A stretch of 64,000 nt of DNA, taken from Octopus sinensis. Lineage: Eukaryota. A program made the translations under genes and the position numbers. This document shows positions 12,863-25,877 of the stretch, piece after piece; within the stretch, counting starts at the first letter, position 1; the number at the start of each line of letters is the position of its first letter. The stretch covers positions 24,180,001-24,244,000 of the forward strand of contig NC_043001.1 of NCBI RefSeq assembly GCF_006345805.1, read 5' to 3'. The notes under the pieces were generated by a model that was not told where the DNA came from, did not search any database, and saw only the letters and a list, made by a program, of their open reading frames with translations.

Positions 12863-13544
12863 AGAGAGAGTGAAAGACACATGCATAAATGTATGCCGGT
12901 ATAAATATTCACACATGCATATGTTCACACACACACACATATGAAGTAAGTAGTCTTGTGAAGATTTTTTTTTTAGGTGGCTGTTAGTTGAAAGCAATAT
13001 ACTGTTTGGCACACAACCATATTTTTTTAATATGTAAGTTACTCCCAGTGAAACATAATACAAATCCTTCACACAGTTAGCTATAGTAATTTCTCAAAGT
13101 AGAGGTTTTTCTACCATTTTTAGTTCCTTCTATATTGTTTGGTATATTAATTATACTAACCAATATACTAGATTTCAGCTAAATATACAAACCAATATAC
13201 TAATTATACCCGTTCATATACCAACCAACTGCGTTTCACCTTTCTCTCTTATTAACATGTCTGGCTGAGTCATTTAAAGAGGACTTTCTGTGTTCCTTAT
13301 CTGTTCTTCATTATAGCTGTATTTTTGTAACCACTTTGCCTTTCATCTTGGTTAGTCAGTTGGTTTAGTCTTTTGTTAGGTTACTTGGATGATTAGTGAC
13401 ACAGTAGTTGACAGATCGGCTACTTCGAGTTACTGTTAACATATTTAATGTAAGACACATCAAAAAGCAAACTAGAAATAATTATGTAGTAAGGAAAAAA
13501 GAAAATCAGTGTTGTTTTGGTTCTGTTGGTAAGAAATGAACACC

Positions 13545-13588
13545 GCTCTAGACTTGTTTTGGTATTATTATGACCTCATTAGCAAAGC
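13545..13588 (-). ncRNA. Decayed minimal type I hammerhead ribozyme
   Basis: GCTTTG-CTAATGA-GGT-CATAATAAT-ACC-AAAA-CAAGTC-TAGAGC: 6 bp helix I (2 GU pairs), GTC triplet, G5A and G12A changes. Confidence 0.5.
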
Positions 13589-13707
13589 ATACTTCATTGT
13601 ACTTGTTGATGTAATTGGTGAATCATTAGATGAACATGCCACGAATGTCATGGTGGTTGCTTGTTGGTGTATGTTGTATTGTTGAAGACGATCATCAAGC
13701 TGGCTAC

Positions 13708-13923
13708 ATCATCATCATTTAACATCCACTTTCCATACTAGCATGGGTTGGATGATTTGACTGAGGACTGGTGAACTAGATGGTTGCATCAGGCTCCAAT
13801 CTTGATATGGCAAAGTTTCTACAGCTGGATGCCCTTCCCAACGCCTAATACTCCAAGAGTGTAGTGGGTGCTTTTACGTGCCACCGGCATGAGGGCCAGT
13901 TAGGTGGTACTGGCAATGGCCAC
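13708..13923 (-). mobile_element. SINE-like family C
   Basis: (CAT)n-TTTAACATCCACTTTCCATACTAGCATGGGTTGGA...GGATGCCCTTCC. Confidence 0.85.
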
Positions 13924-15565
13924 AAAAAAATGGGTTGTTTTTTTTTATGAAACAACTCATGATCTTTTAATTGTTAACACATTTATTGCTGGACATGATT
14001 TACTGTGTTGGTTTGCTTACAAAAGAAAGATACTGATATTATAAGCACCAACTGGGAAGAGCGAACTACGTTGTGTCTTGTGGAAGGCTAGCTGTGGTAC
14101 ATCACGAGTGTCCGAAATAGTTTCATGCTCAAGGTGGTGTGTCCGAATGCCTGAGATGGTCTGGTTTTAGCAGTCTGCCTTCTGTAAGTGTCCATCGTGG
14201 ACTACGCAAATGTCTGAGGCTGTCTGACTGAATTAGGTGCCAAACAGTTTTATAGGGTGAAAAAGGAACGAATTTTAGATTATCCGAGGAATCATATCAT
14301 GCCACTACTTTGAGCTGATCAATCGATTTATAGATCAATTACATGAAACTGTGGTGGCTCATACATGATCTATAGCTGAATCTCTTTCAGTTGGGGTCCG
14401 AATCTCTACAAATGCACAATAATTCACAATCATTTGTGTAAAATATGTTATGCTTTTCAATGAATAGTGAAACTTGAATAGTATCGAAAGTCAACAATAT
14501 TATGTGTTAAGTGGTTAAATGTTATTCAGCAATATCTGAACTATATAACTCCCTTCCGGCATGCAAGAATTTAAAAATACTAAGACTTTTTAGCTTAATT
14601 TCACAAGTGTAAATCTTGGAATTGTCTTTTTCATTAATCACTGGCTGTAATGCAAGCTTGAATGGAGTGACATAGTGTAGCATGCTCTACGATACACCAA
14701 TGTATTTTGAATGCAGCCGGAGTGGATTCCTTCAAGAACCAAACAAACTTGGGCAAATTGCAGAGAACATTTTTCATTAAATGGATGTGTATACTAATGA
14801 AAATGCACCCTGAATTTATTTTCCATTGATTCAGAATTAGATTTAAGTACGTTGTTATTGTCCACCTGCACTTTTGGACAAGAAACCAAAATTTTCACCA
14901 GGCATTTGTCAATAAGAGGACATTTATAAAATCATGTAGGAAGCAGTGTCATAGCTGTAAAGAGAATGATCAATTTTCTCAGCATATTCGTTGATGGTAA
15001 TGCTGTTTTAACAATTTTCAACTCTTTAGTTCTATTCAGCAATCTAATTCTATATCAGTATTTTCTACTTTATTACATGGCCTTAGAAGGATTTCCGAAC
15101 TCATTACTTATTCAACAAACCTCTTAATGTTTTGACCTGTATATTCATTCTCCTGTGGCGCATTGGTGGCTGTTGATATCTGGAAAACTAGAACAGTGAT
15201 ATCATAACATTCTCTTTGATGCATGATCCCGTAACATTTCATTTAAACTTTTTCACATCTTAAGTTACAATTTCGGATATATATATAAGTTTATACATAG
15301 TGACGCTATTACTGATATTTGAAATTAATGGATGTAAAATGCACTTACACGCACTCGCATGCACACACACACATGTATGTATGTGTGCGTGTGTGTAAGT
15401 ATGTGCGTAAGCTAATGAAATATTTTATGTAATATAGGGCAATGATTAATTACATAACTTGTTCGTTGATAAGCAAAGGCCAAGAATAAAAGATCATTGC
15501 TTCAAATAAATTTTTTTGTAAAATACTTTTGTCGTGTTCAAATGATGAAGGTATATTTGGTACCT

Positions 15566-15795
15566 GGCGGCGAGCTGGCAGAAACATTAGCACACCAGGT
15601 GAAATGCCTAGCGGTATTTCGTCTGCTGCTACGTTCTGAGTTCAAATTCCGCCGAGGTCGACTTTGCCTTTCATCCTTTCGGGGTTGATAAACTAAGTAC
15701 CAGTTACGAACTGGGGTCGATATAATTGACTTAATCCATTTGTCTGTCTTTGTTTGTCCTCTCTGTGTTTAGCCCCTTGTGGGTAGTAAAGAAAT
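15566..15795 (+). mobile_element. SINE family B, full length, 18 bp TSD
   Basis: TSD AGGTATATTTGGTACCTG at 15549-15566 and 15796-15813. Confidence 0.92.
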
Positions 15796-16123
15796 AGGTA
15801 TATTTGGTACCTGAAATGAATTCATAGTTGAATTCTATTTAGCACAAGTAAAAGTTTTGAAGATTTAAAAAAATGTATCTTCTAAATTTAGTGACTCAGA
15901 TTCAAAACATTTTGGCAAGGAAGATAATGAGAACAAATTAAAAATTTTATCAGACATTATCCACAGTCAAATTGAAATCATATAAGAGTATTTTTTTCTT
16001 TCAAAGATACATACAATGAGATAAACACTGGCAGTTTGAAGAATTCACGTGTAGAACTTGATCATCAAGTGTGCACTTAAATTCACAACTGCTAATGATG
16101 CATTTCATTTATCTTAACCTGTC

Positions 16124-16330
16124 CACATTTTTCTAACTTTGCCAACAACAAACACGATTACAGAACGATCCTTTACCTAGTTTAAGCTCATAGATTCATA
16201 CCTTTGTTATACAATGGCTGATGAGAGATTGTCTGAGACTTTAGTTTTGCTTTCCGACAGTTGGCAGCTGAGATGGATTATGATAAAGTAATAGATAATT
16301 ACTTAACAAAAATGAAGCCTATAAGAAAGA
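16124..16330 (+). pseudogene. Decayed hAT transposase C-terminal dimerisation domain
   Basis: HIFLTLPTTNTITERSFT*FKLIDSYLCYTMADERLSE..LLS..AAEMDYDKVIDNY matches the hATC pattern (LTLP..S.ERSFS.LKLIK.YLRSTM..ERL). Confidence 0.85.
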
Positions 16331-16436
16331 CGATGATGGAGTTATTGCATAGTTTCATTTTGTTTAGTTTTGTTCCATTTTATGCTTAAAATATACAATA
16401 ATCAAATAACACTTTTTTTTGTTTTGTTTGTGCTAA

Positions 16437-16695
16437 TTTTGATTTTAAATACAAATTTATGAGCTTACTGTAAAAACGTTCTTATTGATTTTTATTTTAA
16501 ATACAAAATAACTGTTATATATTTCCTTTAAAACTGTATTTTCCTGGTGTTTTGTCTATGAATACAAGATTATAAGTATGTACTTCTTTTAGAATTGCAT
16601 TTTTCTTGAGTTCTAAGTTTAGATACAAAATATCAATTATACACTTTCTTTAAAACTGTATATTCCAAGAGTTTTGATTTTAGATACAAAATAAA
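16437..16695 (+). repeat. Degenerate 61 bp-period tandem repeat
   Basis: ATACAA anchors at 16501, 16562, 16623 and 16684, each in a similar context. Confidence 0.65.
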
Positions 16696-18112
16696 AATGT
16701 AGAATAAATCTAAATATATTCCATTTGTGTTCTGGCACTTTTTTCCTGGTAAGAAGCAGAGCAATATAATTGGCATTAGAGATATTTTTGAATTATATGG
16801 TTAAGAGAATGAGTGAAATTCTTGTCAAAAATAGTTAATTCATCTTCTTGAATAATATCAATGATACACTGGAAAGTGAAAGACGATTATGTTAAGATAT
16901 TTTCGGTCTATGTCTGTTCTGACATTTAAACTGTATGTTGGATTGAACCACATGATATTTCTAGATCTATTCTTATTTATTATACTTTGAAATATTAAAA
17001 AAAAAAAAACGGTGTGCACACACACACACACACACAAATGTCAAATGTGTATTTTTCTTTTCTTGCATTATAGCCTATTTTACAGTATATGTAACATTGA
17101 ATATGGATATTCTTTTTGCATCCTATTGTTGTATATGTGTGTATGTGTGTGTGTGAGAGAGAGAGAGAGTTTTAGCCTATTTTCCATGTGGTCCAAATGA
17201 GTTCTTATTCTGAGTTACTGTTCTAAGGTATGGTAATGGACCACATCTCGCTCATATGTTAAACTTCAGCATAGTTTCTACTGCTGGATGCCCTTACTAA
17301 CACCAACACTTTGCTGAGTAGACTTGCTACAGTTTTTCATGGTGGTAGCTCTGTAGAGATTGTTATCCTCGACAAGACTAGACTAATGAGCACCTCCAGC
17401 TTTACATAGTCTCTGCATGTTTTCTAGCCTCTTTACAAAGTGTAATGGGTGCATTTTATTGTTACACCAGCACTAACAAGGTTGTTTTTTTTACTGCAAG
17501 GCAAATGGAGCTTTGCTGCTCGATGTTGTTTCTGTTCTTCCAGGGACAACCTGACTATTAACATGAGTGATGACAGACACTGAACTTGTGTGAAGGAGAG
17601 AATGAAGAGGAAATAAAGTGAGTTGGGTAACAGTATGGAGGAGGAGGATGAGGAAGAAATGTGAGACACGGTGCTATAGGAGTAATGAAGAAACAAGGTA
17701 ATAATATGAGGTTATCTCTATGGATGTCTGAATAATTAGGCACGTGTTTATGTGGCGATGAAACTTCAGGTAATGGCCAGGGGAGTCATTAACAGCTAAC
17801 CTATAAATATATACTGCATATGACAGTGAAATATTAGATTTTTTTTCTTCAAGGTATAAAGTTTATTTCATGGTTTGAATTATTTGTTTTATTTTTTGCT
17901 AATCTAGAACATAATTAGATTTCTCATATTCTACTGTTTTACTAAATATAATTTACTTTGTTTTTTTTTGTTTTTGTTTTTTTTTATTTTGGTATTATGA
18001 TAGTGTTTTATATGTTTGTTGTACACAATCTTTAATGTATGAATTGTGTTGTTTTAATGGATGGCGATTAAGCTGTGTATGTGTTGTGTTTTTGCCATGT
18101 TATATTATCAGT

Positions 18113-18312
18113 TTCAAAGTTTGGCACAAGGCCAGCAATTTCGGGTAAGTGGGTAAGTTGTTTACATCGACTTCAGTACTCAACTGGTACTTATTTTATT
18201 GACCCTGAAACGATAAAAGGCAAAGTCGACCTTGGCAGCATTTGAACTCAGAATGTAAAGAGCGATGACATGCCACTAAGCATTTTGTTCAGCATGCTAG
18301 CGATTCTACCAG
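18113..18312 (-). mobile_element. SINE family B variant
   Basis: Contains CTGGTACTTATTTTATTGACCC..AAAAGGCAAAGTCGACC..TTTGAACTCAGAA. Confidence 0.8.
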
Positions 18313-19038
18313 TGATGTTTGTGTAGGATACGTACAGCGTTATATTGTAGAGTATGGAATGAAGATTGTATAGGCTGTCTTGTCTGAGATATTGTTATTG
18401 TTGTTTAATCTCAAGTTGGCTTTAATGGAGGAAATCTAAGGTCAGAGAAATTCTAAGCAGAAACACACCCTCTTTTTCTTCAGATATAATGTGTCTACAA
18501 TTGCATTATCCAGTACGTCCTTCCAAATAGAAAAGGTAAAAAGTAGATTGTTGATTCTGTCTAAACTCTCAGTTCACTTAACATTCAATTTATTATGTTG
18601 AAACAGTAAACTACGACTGGGATTGTAAGCATATTCATATCTATTATCTTATTTCTGGCTGTGAGTTCACATTTTGATATTAGTCTCACCCTCCTCAAAT
18701 AGTCTTTTCCCATTTTCTCTTTCATATCTGTGTATTATATATTATCAATTTAATCTACTCTTAAGCACTTATACCAGTGATTCCATTCTAATTCTATGAT
18801 TTTAGAGTATGGATCAAATTTAAGCTTCTCAGTTTTAAATAGTTTCTCTCTTCTCAAAATACCTTTGCAGCATTTGACATTTCACCAAAATTCATGCACA
18901 ACTTTTGGAAGGTTCCTCAGCTGGGTATTTCTTCTAAATAGTTTCAAATCATCCATGCAGAAGAAATGGCTTATTTGTCCATGACATTTGTAACTATCTG
19001 TTTCATTCAACAAATATGTTGATGGTATCAAAGCTAGG

Positions 19039-19271
19039 GAAGGCGGCGAGCTGGCAGAAACGTTAGCATGCCGGGCGAAATGCTTAGCAGTATTTCGTCT
19101 GCCGCTACGTTCTGAGTTCAAATTCCGCCGAGGTCGACTTTGCCTTTCATCCTTTCGGGGTCGATTAAATAAGTACCAGTTACACACTGGGGTCGATATA
19201 ATCGACTTAATCCATTTTCTGTCCTTGTTTGTCCCTTCTGTGTTGAGCTCCTTGTGGATAGTAAAAAAATA
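19039..19271 (+). mobile_element. SINE family B, full length, 15 bp TSD
   Basis: TSD GGTATCAAAGCTAGG at 19024-19038 and 19272-19286. Confidence 0.92.
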
Positions 19272-19472
19272 GGTATCAAAGCTAGGTTGAAGAGTAGTGG
19301 GGTAAAGAGTCTCCTCCAAAGATACCTATTATTATGGATACTGGGTATCTATATATCAATTTTTAATCGCCTTAGAAAGATGCACTTGATTTTACTTTAA
19401 CATGGCATGATCGATATACTGTCTTAGTGTTGAAACTGCTTTATTTATGTAACATCTCCAATATTGAAGAGT

Positions 19473-19776
19473 GTTTCCTTCCTTCTCAAGCCATGCCTGG
19501 CTCATAAGGGCCGGTTTTCCAGTTTCCTTGGCGTATAGGTTCCCCACCTGGACAGGACGCCGGTCCATCACAGGTGAGCTGCAAGATGCAGGAGGAAAGA
19601 GTGAGAGAAACTTGTGGCAAAAGAGTCAGCAGAAGTTCGCCATTACCTTCTGCCAGAGCTGCGTGGAGCTTAGGTGTTTTCACTCATAAACACACACATC
19701 ACCCGGTCTGAGATTCGAACACGCGATCCCTGAACTGCGAGTCCGCTGCTCTAACCTCTAGGCCATGTGCCTCCAC
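19473..19776 (-). mobile_element. tRNA-derived SINE family E, 12 bp TSD
   Basis: Head GTGGAGGCACATGGCCTAGAGGTTAGAGCAGCGGACTCG..GTTCGAATCTC; TSD ATATTGAAGAGT at 19461-19472 and 19777-19788. Confidence 0.88.
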
Positions 19777-20232
19777 ATATTGAAGAGTCTGCTATGCAAT
19801 CAGATGCTTTTCAGTGATCAATTCATGCTTTGCTTAGCTCTGTTTTCTCTTCTTGCTGTCTTCAGTAACTACCTGTTCATCAACAGATACTTTTTTACAT
19901 CCTTCTGTTCCTCTGGTAAGTTAATATTATGTTCAAATGAGCAACTATCATATTATTCCGAATAGATGCAAGGGTTTTATATGTTGTTAGCAAACACATT
20001 GTTATCATCAGTTTTTATCGGGGTTTTTTAGTGTTGTTCTTTTGCTAATGAATATTGTTTTTCCCCTCTGGCAACCAATGCAGTGTTAATTCTAATCTAT
20101 TTACTAATTCATTGAATGCTGTAACCACATATTCATGACTACTGGCATGGTGTTTCAATCAGAAAACTATTATTATTTTTATTTCCAAAATCATGAGATA
20201 TTGAATGTGTGTGTGCATTTGGATGTTCATAT

Positions 20233-20434
20233 CTCTTTTACTCTTTTACTTGTTTCAGTCATTTGACTGTGGCCATGCTGGAGCACCGCCTCTAGTTGAG
20301 CAAATTGACCCCAGGACTTATTCTTTGTAAGCCTAGTACTTATTCTATCAGCCTCTTTTGACGAACCGCTAGGTTACGGGGACGTAAACACACCAGCATC
20401 GGTTGTCAAGCGATGTTGGGGGGGACAGACACAA

Positions 20435-20465
<31 letters not shown>

Positions 20466-20628
20466 CACGATGGGCTTTCAGTTTCCGTCTAGCAAATCCA
20501 CTCACAAGGCTTTGGTCGGCCCAAGGCTATAGTAGAAGACACTTGCCCAAGGTGCAGCGCAGTGTAACTTAACCCGGAACCATGTGGTTGGTAAGCAAGC
20601 TACTTAACACACAGCCACTCCTATGCCT
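20233..20628 (-). mobile_element. SINE family A, full length
   Basis: Reverse complement of 446-849. Confidence 0.9.
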
Positions 20629-20956
20629 ATAGCCACTCCTACGTCTATATGAAAGAGAAAAATATACAAATATAACATGATTCATAAAATCTTTTATCTT
20701 TATTTCTTTAACTCATTTTAAGCATTGGCCTGTGGTCATACTGGGACACTAATGCTTGCAAGATAGTTAATTACATAAAAACCCTATGCTATTTTATCAC
20801 TGGTATTATTGAATCAAATTCAGAATACAAATAAACAAAACCAATCATCATAAAGTATATTTACCTGTGCTGACCCACCACAATCACCATTCTGTAAATT
20901 TTATTCGCGTCTATAAAAATGAGACTGAATTTCATTAATATTTTGTGTCTATCTTT

Positions 20957-21135
20957 CTTTTACCTTTTACTCGTTTCAGTCAGTAGACTGTAGCCATGCT
21001 GGGGCATCGCCTTGAGATGTTTTTAGTCAAATGAATGGGTCCCAGTAATTTTTGTTGAACCACTAAGTTACAGGGACGTAAACAAACCAGCACAAGTTGT
21101 CAAGTGATGGTGGGGAACAAACACAGATACAAAGA
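20957..21135 (-). mobile_element. SINE family A 3' half, diverged
   Basis: TTTTACTCGTTTCAGTC..GCCATGCTGGGGCA..CTAAGTTACAGGGACGTAAAC. Confidence 0.7.
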
Positions 21136-21226
21136 TATATACATACACACTCACAAATGCGCACACACACACACACACAACACATATACACATTATTTTT
21201 TTAAATTAAATTATTGACACTCACAC

Positions 21227-21469
21227 TTCCTATTATGTTAAACTGTCTTATGTCCAAATTTGGCCAAATGCGTTTTTTTCAATATTTATTTTTACTTGCA
21301 ATAGCCAGTTCTTTTGGCCAAAGTACTGTATCTCCAGCTGCTTTAGCTGTCAAGATATCAAAAATTGTCAAAGTGTAGTACAACAGTTTTCCTATGGAAT
21401 GGTGAAACTATTTTTTTGTTTTCTGAAAAAACAACATTTTGGACTTACGATACTTTTGCATAATAGCAA
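21227..21469. mobile_element. MITE with ~32 bp imperfect TIRs
   Basis: TTCCTATTATGTTAAACTGTCTTATGTCCAAA versus the reverse complement of TTTGGACTTACGATACTTTTGCATAATAGCAA. Confidence 0.6.
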
Positions 21470-21902
21470 CGCTATATTGATTCAGTCTGTTTTGCGATTC
21501 AAAATTTCTCATATGTGATTTTCATTCATTACCTTGATGAGAATCTTACCCAAACTATTTCCATAATATGAATTCTATAAATTTATTGTTGGTTTTTGGT
21601 TTGAATCGAAACAATTGTAGGGGTTATAATTATATTATTTTTATATTTTTATAGTATTGTAATAATAATATAATGCTATATTAATAAATTAACATATGTC
21701 AATTTGAACTTTCCATTTTCCTTTTATTATTGTATATTGTGTATTTATAGCCATTTATATTGGAGAAATTTTTCTACTAAATATTATATAGTGGATCTTG
21801 AACAGTTAATCAGTAAAATTGGGATGTTTTACATTCCTTTAAGAAGAGCTTATTTCCTTGCTTTGGATACACACACATACACACACACACACACACCACA
21901 CA

Positions 21903-21960
<58 letters not shown>

Positions 21961-21973
21961 CATAAATACATAA

Positions 21974-22073
<100 letters not shown>

Positions 22074-22087
22074 TCATCATCATCATC

Positions 22088-22277
22088 ATCGTTTAGCGTC
22101 CGTTTTCCATGCTAGCATGGGTTGGACGGGTCAACTGGGGTCTGTGAAGCTGGAAGGCTTCGTCAGGCCCAGTCAGATCTGGCAGTATTTGACTGGGCCT
22201 GACGAAGCCTTCCAGCTTCACAGACCCCAGTTGACCCGTCCAACCCATGCTAGCATGGAAAACGGACGCTAAACGAT
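22088..22277. repeat. Perfect 88 bp inverted repeat of the family C 3' end (14 nt spacer)
   Basis: 22088-22175 is the exact reverse complement of 22190-22277; embedded in (TA)n. Confidence 0.95.
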
Positions 22278-22325
22278 ATATATATATATATAAATACATG
22301 CATACATACATACATACATACAAAT

Positions 22326-22359
<34 letters not shown>

Positions 22360-22414
22360 ACATATATATATACATATATAATAGTATAATAATAATATAC
22401 ATATAATAATAATA

Positions 22415-22770
22415 GTAGGGAATATAATTCCAAAACTTCCAGGGAAAATTTCAATTTAACAATTTTAAATCAATTTTCACAATATATAACATATGTATAT
22501 AATTTAGAGAAAAACCGCTATTTAACAATTCAGTAATGAAAGATGTTATTCACACCATATAGAAAACATACTATAAAACCTTATTCTAAAAATCAATAAA
22601 GTATAGTAAATAGTAGTAGTAGTACTATTTACTATTTACTGTACTTTATTGATTTTTAGTATAAGGTTTTTATAGTATATGTTTTCTATATGGTGTGAAT
22701 AACATCTTTCCTTATTGAATTGTTTAATAGAGGTTTTTCTCTAAATTATATACATATATATTATATATAT
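22415..22770. mobile_element. Repeat family F with ~130 bp fold-back arms
   Basis: TATAATTTAGAGAAAAACCGCTAT...AAATAGTA (from about 22490) is mirrored to about 22755; related to 33535-34015 and 55218-55290. Confidence 0.8.
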
Positions 22771-22787
22771 ATATATATATAATATAT

Positions 22788-22838
<51 letters not shown>

Positions 22839-23559
22839 TATATATGCAACTGGCTTCTTGAAAACACAAGATACAAAAGTTTCACAGTTAACGCATACAT
22901 CTAATGTTCACATACACCACTAGCTACCTAGCAGATATCATTATGGTTTTAGACACCCCAAGGAACAATATATCTAACATTAAATCGCTGGTCTTCAGCC
23001 ATTTTTCATCTGTAGACTCCCATGATTACTATTTTATTCTGGTGGACTCCCATAGCCATTCGGTATTTAAAAACTAGTTTTATTGAAGCTTCTTTCAAAA
23101 TTCCTATTTTGTTTTTTCACACATTAACTTGTGTATGTTAAACTAAGTAAAACATAGGAGAAAGAAACCTAACTGTTTCTTGCAATAAATACATCTAAAG
23201 GAAAATGTGTTTTGAACCTTTAATATACTCCTGTGTGTCCCCAATTTTCTATTTTGCTTTATGGCTCTCCAGGAGTGATATGGACTCTGGTAGAGAACCA
23301 CTATGAAATGAACCCTTCCTCATTCATGTACACACACACAGTGAACCAGTGATTGATCCACTTCAAACCTGTAAGCAACCACTACTTTTACCGATCATGA
23401 TATAATATTTTTTTAAAAATTAAAATGTGTGAGACTTTGTAAAGTCAATGCTTATAGATTTAGGCTACAATATTTTTAGACAAAGTTTTGAAAGTGTTAT
23501 CTCTGTTTCTCCATGTTTGAATATTTGTAGATCTGTTTCCTTGTTTATAAAAATATGAA

Positions 23560-23920
23560 TCTCTATATATATAAATGGCAAAATGTCTGTGTGTGTGTGT
23601 GTGTGTGTGTGCATGTCCTTTATACAAATCCACAATTTTTCAGTTAGAGGGCTCGCACTTTCTATGGTCATTGAAAACCATCCAAGGGTGGTTGTGCACA
23701 TCTTTACATTTCCCCAGTCACCCCGTAAAGCCATTAAAAAATCAATAGAAGTGACCTTTTTGTGAATTTTCTATCCAAAACCCAATCAAAATGCCCGAAA
23801 CTTGATACGCCAATTGAATGCCAGCTAGCTGCATGTGATTGGTCAGAGATTTGGACAGTACTCATGTGTATGTGTGCACACACGCAGCTGTATATGCATG
23901 CACTAGCACTATGACCTGGC
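23560..23920 (+). mobile_element. Non-autonomous Helitron, 3' hairpin truncated
   Basis: A|TCTCTATATATATAAATGGC start; near-identical to 58385-58752 on the minus strand. Confidence 0.8.
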
Positions 23921-24631
23921 GTATCATATAAAGCTCCTTATGCAGTCCTTTTATGTACACACTTCAAGTAACTTCACTTGCTGTAGCTTGTTAAATATAA
24001 AGGGGAGCTAAGTGTGGAAAAAAAATTACTAGCATGAAAGTGATCTTTCTTGTGTAATTTCCTTCAAAGAATATGCATTTAATCTACTCTATTAATACAT
24101 TTACCTACAGCTCAAAGATGGGAAAGCTTTTTAATAGCAGGAGTGAATTGCAGAGGCATGAGAGCTTTGGTGATGCATATGTGCTGAGAGGATAATGAAT
24201 TTTTTATTTTTATAAATTCAAGCCATGAAGACAATCACTTGAAGCAACCTTAATTAAAATGTTATTTTAATAAAGTAGATGGTTAATAAACATTAATTAA
24301 AATGTTGCCTTAATAAACTAGATAGTTATAATACATTAATTATCAAAGCACTAAATATTCCTCATTGTATTATGGTTTTGATTTACTATATTTTCTTACT
24401 ATATCTTGCAACTTAATGAGAACATTGGTTCAGCTTTGCTTTGCTTTGTAAAACAAGGCTCAGAAATATTAGAAGGGACTGACGATGTGGTATTTCATAA
24501 TTGGTTTACAAGATTATCATCTTTAAGTCATGTGATTCTTTGGGAATTCAGTCTTTCGTTAATATATACCTGATGCAATACCCTGCCTTCATTTCAATTA
24601 TTTTTGAAAATAATTTTTAAAAAAAACATTC

Positions 24632-24923
24632 AAGCAAGGTCATTGCCAGTGCCGCTGGACTGGCTCCTGTGCAGGGAGCACATAAAAAGCACCATTTGAG
24701 TGTGGCCTTTGCCAGTACCGCCTGACTGGCCCTCGTGCCGGTGACACGTAAAAGCACCCACTACACTCTTGGAGTGGTTGGCGTTAGGAAGGGCATCCAG
24801 CTGTAGAAACTCTGCCAGATCAGATTGGAGTCTGGTGCAGCCATCTGGTTCACCAGACCTCAATCAAATCGTCCAACCCATGCTAGCATGGAAAGTGGAC
24901 ATTAAACGATGATGATGATGATG
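24632..24923 (+). mobile_element. SINE-like family C
   Basis: GGAGTGGTTGGCGTTAGGAAGGGCATCCAGCTGTAGAAAC...GGACATTAAACGATGATGATG. Confidence 0.88.
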
Positions 24924-25877
24924 AATTGTGTAGTAAAATAAGTTCGTCATTTTTAACCTAATTGTTTGGAACATAAATTAATATAAATTTTTGATGGAAA
25001 GTTTCCATTTAAATCACTTTAAACAAAAAAGTTTTATTATAGAATCAGTGGCAAGACTTAGGTGGGTTGTTATCAAAAAGACTGAGGATTTAATGTTCAC
25101 ATTAGCAAATGGTAAAAAATAATGATGCAATTTTCAGTTTATGACTCCAGAAACCTGGATATTTCTCAATATCTACATAGAATTCATAAAATTCCAAAAA
25201 TTCACAAACTATTAAATCTGGATATCAAAATATTATCTGATTGTAAATGAATTAACTCAGGTTGCAAGTTGCTTCAGCTGGCATCACATCAGAGGTAGTT
25301 ACACATGTTTGTGTTCCAAATTCATAATTTTGCAAATCTTAAAGCCTCCTTTGGAATTGCTCCAAAAGATTAAAATACTCTTTGGAATTCTCCACCTTCA
25401 GTTATAGTTTCTGTCCTTTCAGTGTTGGAAAAAGTATCAAACAGAATTTTTCCAGTTGTGTTAAGTAAACTCACAGTGTTTATTCAAAGCTATTGTTATT
25501 TGAGTACAAACTGAAGTGATATGCTGATGTGGTCTTTGCAACTCTAAACCCGGACCATTTAGTGATATGAACCAAAAATACCAAATCATATTACCATTCA
25601 ATGCCTTTAGTACTTTCTCATAGAGAACATGACATTGGTAAATTAAATCACCCTCCTTATTCTGTTTTCAGTTCCTTCAAAATTATTTTAAATATTCTCT
25701 AGTTCAATAATTAATCCTTTACAAATATATTTTGTTACATCTTTCATCACATTATTCAGTCATAGAAAATCCTCCTCCTCCTCCTTGCTGTCATTGCTAT
25801 TAATTCATGTTGGCATAGATTAAATGGTTTGATAGGATCTCATGAAGACTGTATCGATCACCAAAAATTTTGTTGGT

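Noticed and set aside
25260-25600. Coding-looking minus-strand stretch
   Set aside because: Multiple stops and no motif I can assign
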